This document shows, piece by piece, positions 57,252 to 64,000 of a stretch of 64,000 nt of DNA. The number at the start of each line of letters is the position of its first letter. The first letter of the stretch is position 1. The stretch is from the NCBI GenBank assembly GCA_000004985.1, contig GG738870.1; one strand, written 5' to 3'. Source of the stretch: Naegleria gruberi. Taxonomy: Eukaryota. The notes beneath the pieces were generated by a model. That model was not told the origin of the DNA. It saw nothing but the letters and a program-made list of their open reading frames with translations, and ran no database searches. Position numbers and translations under genes: made by a program.

Positions 57252-58052
57252 TTATCTGTGTTGATTAGATGCGTATGGATCATTGGCATGAGTGAGAACA
57301 TCCTTATTAGCAAAGTATGGATCAGCAAAGTCAACATTGAAATTACTATCATAGTATTCGGTTTGCCAACTTTGATCATTCACTTCATCACCATAACCAT
57401 CTCTTCCTTCTCTATTGACCTTTCTCTTTCCTTGAGAGAGTTCATCAACAAGATTGTCGAAATATTGTAAATGTTCCTCTTTTCTCAAAGTTGGAAGCCA
57501 AAACTTGATTAAAGAGTCACGAGCATTTTGCAAATTATTGTACTTGAACATTTCAACAACCATATGATTCAAAAAGTGTGGTTTGTAATGTTCGAAACCA
57601 GTAACACCCAAACACTTCATAATACGAGTAATTCTCAAATAATTGTGGAAGGAACTATTCAAATGACTATATCTCTTCTTGTATGTGACTGGATTTCTAC
57701 TGATCTTTCCACTGACTTCATCTTCCAAAACTAAACCATAAAAATCGAGCATTAATCTATAGGATTGAATGATACGAGCCTTGACAGCAGCATCGGATCT
57801 CAACAAGGAGGCTTCATGTTTAGTGAGTGGTTGAGAGGAAGCATTCATTCCTTGTAATCTAATTGGGAACAAGTATTGAATATAGGCGTGATGTTCTTCC
57901 AACAAATCCCAATCACCAAACCAATTCTTGTGAATATTTTCAATTAAATCTCCTTGTGGACGAGAACGAAGTTTGTTAATGTAAAAATTGTAATTATCGA
58001 GGCTTGTTGTATCATCTTCTGGCAAAGCAGAGGAACCAAAGAAACGGAACAT
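57252..58052 (-). CDS. OGFr-like conserved-domain protein
   Basis: WFGDWDLLEEHHAYIQYLFPI, SYRLMLDFYGLVLED, TYKKRYSHLN and HNYLRITRIMKCLG match the opioid-growth-factor-receptor N-terminal conserved region. The track ORF starts on TTG at 58283 with a hydrophobic leader. First ATG at 58052 (aaaaaagaaATG). Confidence 0.7.
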   Translation of the reverse strand: MFRFFGSSALPEDDTTSLDNYNFYINKLRSRPQGDLIENIHKNWFGDWDLLEEHHAYIQYLFPIRLQGMNASSQPLTKHEASLLRSDAAVKARIIQSYRLMLDFYGLVLEDEVSGKISRNPVTYKKRYSHLNSSFHNYLRITRIMKCLGVTGFEHYKPHFLNHMVVEMFKYNNLQNARDSLIKFWLPTLRKEEHLQYFDNLVDELSQGKRKVNREGRDGYGDEVNDQSWQTEYYDSNFNVDFADPYFANKDVLTHANDPYASNQHR

Positions 58053-58615
58053 TCTTTTTTGTGTGTTGTTTTGTATTGTGTGTTGTTGATGAGTTGTAGA
58101 TTTTAACAAATTCCTGATGAAAAGAATTTGTGATGGAAAGTTTTGTTTTAGCACGTTAAATATTTGGGTAAAATATTGATTTTCAATGTTGATGTTCCTA
58201 TTATGATGATTGTTATCTTGTTCAATAATAATGACTAATAACAAAAATGTGGATAACAGGATCAGCAAGAAGAAACCAATCAAACTTTTGGGTGTTAGGT
58301 TGCAAAAATTGCGTAGTGACGTCTTCGTCTTTTTTTAAAGGTTATTTTTAGGCTAGTTTTCTTTTGTTCCAAACTTACATGGAACATTCAAAAGAATTTC
58401 GTTTTCAATTTTGCTTGGTATATTTCCTTACAGGAGGTGGAGAAATAACTCCACAGCATGTTAGCTATTCCACGAACAGAAGGACTTGTATTGTGTTTCG
58501 ACCACTCAATTTGAATAAATGATTAGGGGAATTTTTCTATCTTCTACGTCTTTTAATTGGATTAATACAGGATTTAACTTCTTACATGACGAGGAAGAAA
58601 AGAAAATACAATAGT

Positions 58616-60994
58616 TTAATCAAACTCAAAGTCGCTCCTTTCTACAATTGGTGTTCGTGTACTATAAATTGGACTAAGGGAATCATCACTATCATAATCT
58701 TCATCGTCGCTATCAGAATCTCTCTTGCTAGGAGTGTAGAACTTGAAAGGCTCTTCATCTCTCAACAGCAGAGTTTCATCCACAAGCGATTGTTGTGAAG
58801 AGTTTGTTGCTAAACAACTTTGTCTCACAGAATCTTCCTGAACCTTGCCCACACCACATCCAAAACCACCCTGACTTGGACTATATGCTCTCGATGAAGA
58901 AACAATCAAATCTTTTTGAAGGGATTCAGCTTCCAATGGGATTGTTTGAACCTGATTCAAAATATCTTGTATTTGCCTTGGTGTTGGTCTCTCTGATGGA
59001 TCCTTATTCACCATCATACGAATTACTTGTTTGAATTGCGTGTTTTTCCATTCTAGACGGTCAACCATCTTTTGCAAATCTTCCTTCTTTGAACAAACAA
59101 ATCTCTTTCTATCAAGACAACACAATATTGATGCTCCCAGCGAAAACACATCAATTTTCTCATCATAACAATCTCCTGTTAAAACCTCTGGTGCCTTATA
59201 AGAGTTGGTTCCATAATTTTCATTAGCAAGAACTCGAGTGAAGGTGTCTATGTATCCACTGTCTGTTTTTTCAAAATGGAAACTCATACTAAAGTCAATC
59301 AGTACAAATCTTTGTAATGTTGGATTATTGTCTGGATTTCTTATCATGATATTTTGCATCTTTACATCTCTATGAATAATATTTAAGGAATGCAAACATT
59401 CAAGAGCATGGCAAATATCCAAACACAGACTATACAGCTCACATTCCATCAATCTATTAGAGAGTGGTAATAACTCTTCATACTCAATAAAGGAATTATA
59501 AATATTCATCACTTGTGGAAGACATCGGGAAATATTTCTAGATTCCAATAATTTTGAAACAATATACTTTTCCTCCTTCTCAATCCTCTTTACAAATGTT
59601 GTGTTTTGAATTTTACAACTGTATCCAATCTCATTCTTTGCCTCTGAAATGATTCTCTTATTAATTGCCATATTCGGAACAAGACACAATTTCTTGATCT
59701 GATTCTGAATCTTGAATAGAACATCATCTTCATCACTTCTTGAATCTATAAAGGGTTTCAAATTCCAATAACTTAAATTCTGATGCTGTGGTATTTCCTT
59801 CATTATCGACACTGCACTCTGAACATTATAGGAGGAAAGGAATATCTTTGAAAAGTTCAGAATATCCACCCACAATATCAACAAATCCACTTCTGACTTG
59901 ACTCTATACTTTTTATAATACAGTTTCATTGAAATATTAATGCTATTGTCCACTTCTTCCTCCGAGTTGCGTTCTTTGAGAAAACCTCTCAAAATAAACA
60001 TGTGAATCAATTGCTTTGAGTAACTCACTCCAATAACAGTTGAACTTCTATGGAATTCCTCTTCATTATTCATTGCTGTTGAAATATTTCTTCGTAGTAA
60101 ACTCTTTAGTGATAAAATCATTTTCAGTGTTGATGTATTCTCCCATGAAGATGATGAAGTTAGATAGGAATGTTTGATTTCTTCCAAGAGAAGGAAGGTT
60201 GTCCCATTTTGTGTCCTTAATTCTCCTTCGATTTTAAGCATGATCGGATCAACATTCTTTTCCAATTTAATTTCAAACTTTGATTTACTGTATTAATTAA
60301 ACATTAAATATTAAAAAATTAAAGTATTAAATAAGGCTTACCTCAACTGAAAATGATTTAAAACATCACATAGTACATTAAAATAGGACCACATATAACT
60401 TCTTAAAGCTCCATGTCTTTCCTCTGTTCCGATAGCATACTTTTTCAATTGATCCACAACACCGAATATTAAAACAAGATGATGATATGAAATTTGAAAT
60501 CCTAAGGCACTGCTTAGTAAATGAATACAATCCAAAAGAGGTTCCAAAGACTTTCTCAAACTCTTATAGAATTTGAAGGTGAGAATGAGTACTTCTATAA
60601 TTTCCGAATCGATGACTATGCAATTCAATGGATTTTCCTCATCATTTGCATTATCTATTGCATCGAGTCCCTCTATTAAGAATAGCTTTTTAGCCAATGA
60701 TCCGATAACCCACTTGGAATCACAACTCCATCCCTCTGCTATATCCAGACACATGATCACATCCAACAAGTGTTGAATTTTCATCTCAGATGTGTTATTT
60801 ACATTGGAGCAATTCTGAACAATTCTCGAAAGGACATCATTAAGCGAAAGTGGTCCTTGTTCAACCACAACAGCCTGTGAACCTATTCTACTCATTGCAA
60901 AACAAGCACTACCACTACTCGATATCATCAGCACTGGATTGGTTGCAGAATTCTCCATAGTGATATTCTCAGAGTTTGTTGTAGTGAACAACAT
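58616..60994 (-). CDS. Divergent protein-kinase-like protein, two exons (60342..60994 and 58616..60287)
   Basis: Exon 1 has ATG at 60994 after an a-run and ends TTGAG|gtaagc. Acceptor ttaattaatacag| gives a 54-nt intron. The C-terminal half has HRDVKMQN, IDFSMS (DFS instead of DFG), APEVL and DVFSLG. No canonical glycine loop or VAIK lysine is recognisable in the N-lobe. Confidence 0.65.
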
Positions 60995-61199
60995 TTTTTT
61001 CAGTCTTTTTCTATTTCATGAGGGCGAAGATCCACTTTCTTATTAAACAACTTAAGGGGCGCTTCTTATTTTCCAACCAAAATTTTTGTAATGATGAGCC
61101 GTACTGTCGTTTAGTGGGATGAAATATTGTGGTGCCTTAATAATTCCAAAATGAGAACAGTTTTAGAAATACATAGTTTTCAATAAGGTTTTTGTATTG

Positions 61200-64000
61200 T
61201 TATTGGTCTGCAGTGGTGAGTTTGTTGGATTGTTGAATAATTTTCCAAAAGTAAAGTCCACATGAGAGAAGAGCCATGCATGGTGTTGATGAATGTAATA
61301 TGCCAGTTTTTGGAAGAGCAATTTTGAGTTCGTAATGTTCGCTGGTGAGATCTAGGGTTTGACTCAAAGAGGAGAGCTTCTTGGTGAAGAGAGATACTTT
61401 AAGTATGGTTATTTCGAGCATTTGATTGTGATGTTCATAAGTGTAAATTTGCTTTTCTAATTTTCTGACAACATTAACAAGTGATAGCTCGGAATGATGG
61501 GTCAATTGTTGAGGTGAATCTATTCTGATTATCCACTGATCTCTATTGAGGGAGTTCACCAACCTGCTGATACTGTGATCTTCTGGAAGAAATCTAGAAT
61601 GATTAATGTAGAATCTCATATCACTTGTTTTTCCAATAAATGTTGTAGCCATTACTCTGGTACGACGGCTCAATATTCCATCTGGTTTCAATTTCAAATT
61701 TTCATCCAATTTCACCTTGTATTCAACTGAGTTTTTCCTTTCAACATTTTCAATCTCACATACGTTATATTCTGTAAATTCTTGCTTGGTACATCCTGCA
61801 AGCTCTTTCAATATTAAAGCAATGGCTTCTGAATCTACAAGGGTTAGGAAAGAATCTGAGGGTGCCTTCTTTTCTTGTTTCTTCTTTATAATTTCTGGAG
61901 TTTCATTCTGGCAACCTACTTTACTTTTTGATTTGCTAGAGCCACGTTTGTTAGGTTGTAAATAATCAATTAAAGGCCATTCTTTCTCAAAATCATTCGA
62001 AGTCTCAACTGGTTTCTTTTCTTCTTTGTATTTTTTGACCTCCTCGATACTGTGGAAATGATTCTTTTTCATTAGAGAGTTGTAGTGTTTCGAATCTTGT
62101 GGAATAATCTCAGAAAATATTGACTTTTCAATATTAATCAAATAATAGGTTCCAAATTTGATAGAGTATGTAAAATGATTTGGGTCCAAATCAATTGCTA
62201 ACGTTTTTTCTAATTGTGTTAACAAATTTTGATAAAAATCATACATTGGAAGAACTTCTTCCTTGTAAACCTTCAATTTTGGTTGGTGTTTGGTTATTGG
62301 TTCAAGCACATGTTTTGGATTACATTTTCCTAAATATGGCTTGAACTCAATTGGACTGTCTAAAGAATCTCCCTCATAAATTGCCAAAGTAGAGCCCTCT
62401 AAAAACAATCTATGATTGTTGGCTCTGAAATATTTACAATTTGCATTCCAAAGAGCTAGCTTTCGCTTCAGTCTTGAGCTGATTCCATGTTCTCCAGTGG
62501 CATTAATTATATAATTACCATTTTTCATTTCAAAAAGATTGGTAATTTTACAATTGCAACTCTTTTCCAGCTCAGACTTCAGGACCGTCTCTATCATTGA
62601 GTTTCCAAGTACTTTTCGTAGAAGGCTCGGTACATAAACTTGTGATTCCTCCATCTCTTCAATGCTTAATTTGGTAAAGTCGTGAAGAAGGAAAAGATTA
62701 AGTATACAAGAATCAAGTAAATCCCTGGCATGGCTTACTTGCTCAATAGTCAAAATGACAGCGGTGATTTTCCCATCCAGATTATCCACGAACTCCATAT
62801 TTTCTTTGAATATTAAACGCTTCAAAAACAATACAATCAGCTCGGTTTCATGTTGGAATTCGCTATTCAAACATTTACCTAGAATTTGCTTCATAAACAC
62901 AGAGTCTTTCTCCATTTCACCATCAAATGCTTGCTGCTCAGTTGGTGGACTTTCTTGTACAAGGTAGTTCTTTTCTAGGCAAAATGTCACAATTCTCCAT
63001 GTCAATTGATAAGTTTTGATGTGAGGGCATATTTTCTTGAGAAGATCAATCAATACTTTAAGGAGGACAATTAATTTAGGTTTTTGTTTCAAATAGAGTC
63101 TCAAGTGGTGCTTTTTTCTCAATCCTCTACTGGAATTGGTAAAATCAATCGATTCTATAAACGGAAGATCGGTGACCTTTGCAAATATCCTGAACATTGG
63201 TACTGATTTTTGCCAATCAGTAGCACTGGATCCAAACTCAGATGACAGTACTGAACAAACAGGTGGACAATTTTCATCTCCTTTTTCTGCTTTGAAATCG
63301 AAAAAGGTGTCACAATCCGAACTAAATGAGTTATGAAGGAGGACTGGTAAAGAACCAAACATGTGAATTCTATATTCTTGATTAGTTTTGTACTTAAGTT
63401 GCTCCAATCTTTTTTCCATGATTTCAAGCTGTTCCAAATTCATATGCTCTACAAAGCTATTGAGAGATTTGGCCAGATTCTTATAAATATCCAACTTGTT
63501 GAATTCTGTAATTCTTCTTGAAGGAATAGTCAATGAGAAAATATTGGCAATTGGTAAGTTTTGAATGGCTAGTTTACAATTTTCCTCTCTTGCAATTTCT
63601 CTGAATTGTTCTATTAAATGTGTGAATTCTTTTCGTTCAATCCCATTCCCAACAAACAGATCAAACAATGTACAATAATGAACTTGTTTCAAATATTCAA
63701 TAATTTGCCAAAATCTTCTATTCCATTCATTAACCTTTTCATCTTGGATAATAAATTCTGGTTCTTTAAATTCTGATGGAATGCCAGATTTAATGCTTGT
63801 GCACTTCTCATAGATTCGTCCAATAATGGAGTTTGATTTGATAGAAATTGATCCACGTTCCATAAAATCTGGATAAATAATATCTTTAAACCAGTTTGGT
63901 AGTGAAATTTGCTTTCCATTTTTTGGGAAATCAACAGCTTTTACAAACAAGTCGGCCAATTCTAGTGCTCTGTCAGAGTCAGCACCTTCAGAATCAACTA
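61200..64000 (-). CDS. Large hypothetical protein, 5' partial (open beyond the right window edge)
   Basis: The 919-aa track ORF starts on TTG at 63959. The same frame stays open to position 64000 (…VDSEGADSDRALE-LADLFVK), so the N-terminus lies outside the window. No confident domain. Confidence 0.55.
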   Translation of the reverse strand, partial: VDSEGADSDRALELADLFVKAVDFPKNGKQISLPNWFKDIIYPDFMERGSISIKSNSIIGRIYEKCTSIKSGIPSEFKEPEFIIQDEKVNEWNRRFWQIIEYLKQVHYCTLFDLFVGNGIERKEFTHLIEQFREIAREENCKLAIQNLPIANIFSLTIPSRRITEFNKLDIYKNLAKSLNSFVEHMNLEQLEIMEKRLEQLKYKTNQEYRIHMFGSLPVLLHNSFSSDCDTFFDFKAEKGDENCPPVCSVLSSEFGSSATDWQKSVPMFRIFAKVTDLPFIESIDFTNSSRGLRKKHHLRLYLKQKPKLIVLLKVLIDLLKKICPHIKTYQLTWRIVTFCLEKNYLVQESPPTEQQAFDGEMEKDSVFMKQILGKCLNSEFQHETELIVLFLKRLIFKENMEFVDNLDGKITAVILTIEQVSHARDLLDSCILNLFLLHDFTKLSIEEMEESQVYVPSLLRKVLGNSMIETVLKSELEKSCNCKITNLFEMKNGNYIINATGEHGISSRLKRKLALWNANCKYFRANNHRLFLEGSTLAIYEGDSLDSPIEFKPYLGKCNPKHVLEPITKHQPKLKVYKEEVLPMYDFYQNLLTQLEKTLAIDLDPNHFTYSIKFGTYYLINIEKSIFSEIIPQDSKHYNSLMKKNHFHSIEEVKKYKEEKKPVETSNDFEKEWPLIDYLQPNKRGSSKSKSKVGCQNETPEIIKKKQEKKAPSDSFLTLVDSEAIALILKELAGCTKQEFTEYNVCEIENVERKNSVEYKVKLDENLKLKPDGILSRRTRVMATTFIGKTSDMRFYINHSRFLPEDHSISRLVNSLNRDQWIIRIDSPQQLTHHSELSLVNVVRKLEKQIYTYEHHNQMLEITILKVSLFTKKLSSLSQTLDLTSEHYELKIALPKTGILHSSTPCMALLSCGLYFWKIIQQSNKLTTADQ

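Noticed and set aside
1-64000. Prokaryotic defence islands, CRISPR arrays, operons
   Set aside because: The sequence is eukaryotic: spliceosomal introns, a pol III tRNA gene with oligo-T terminator, low-complexity proteins, PAK/CK1/chromodomain/Tim17/V-ATPase genes. No direct-repeat/spacer arrays are present

Overview
This window is eukaryotic nuclear DNA, not prokaryotic. It is AT-rich, gene-dense and intron-poor. Proteins carry frequent N/S/Q/T-rich low-complexity inserts and most start codons sit in an aaaaaATG context. That fits an amoebozoan or dictyostelid-like protist, but the lineage cannot be fixed from sequence alone. The vatD homologue is quite divergent, which hints at a fast-evolving lineage. 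Many ORF-track starts are TTG or GTG (the track translates these as M), so true ATG starts were re-derived where possible. About 35 protein genes are supported on both strands. The few introns are very short, 29-98 nt, and follow gtaagt...(y)ag. Recognisable products include an SDR oxidoreductase, an EGF-repeat secreted protein, a DUF1697 protein, a CRIB-PAK kinase, a SHAQKYF Myb, a chromodomain protein and a NASP-like histone chaperone. There is also a 7TM receptor-like protein, an N-myristoylatable casein kinase I next to a TTBK-like CK1-group kinase, two DUF4116 loci (one decaying) and two LCAT-like paralogs plus a mosaic pseudo-fragment. The rest comprise four F-box/LRR-like genes, a SAM methyltransferase, V-ATPase subunit D, a LOG-family hydrolase, a stand-alone EF-1-gamma C-domain, Tim17, a giant coiled-coil protein, an OGFr-like protein, a divergent kinase-like protein and a large unknown protein that runs off the right edge. 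One tRNA-Arg(UCU) gene and one assembly gap (44687..45052) are present. At the left edge an RRM/coiled-coil ORF is followed 18 nt later by an ATG opening an EEP/APE endonuclease-like ORF that runs off the window. That is the layout of a non-LTR retrotransposon 5' half. There are no CRISPR arrays and no prokaryotic defence-type operons. The most unusual items are the retroelement candidate and the LCAT-fragment mosaic whose sequence now encodes the methyltransferase C-terminus. A stand-alone codon-optimised EF1-gamma C-domain, the ultra-short introns and a possible bacterial-type DUF1697 acquisition are also notable.
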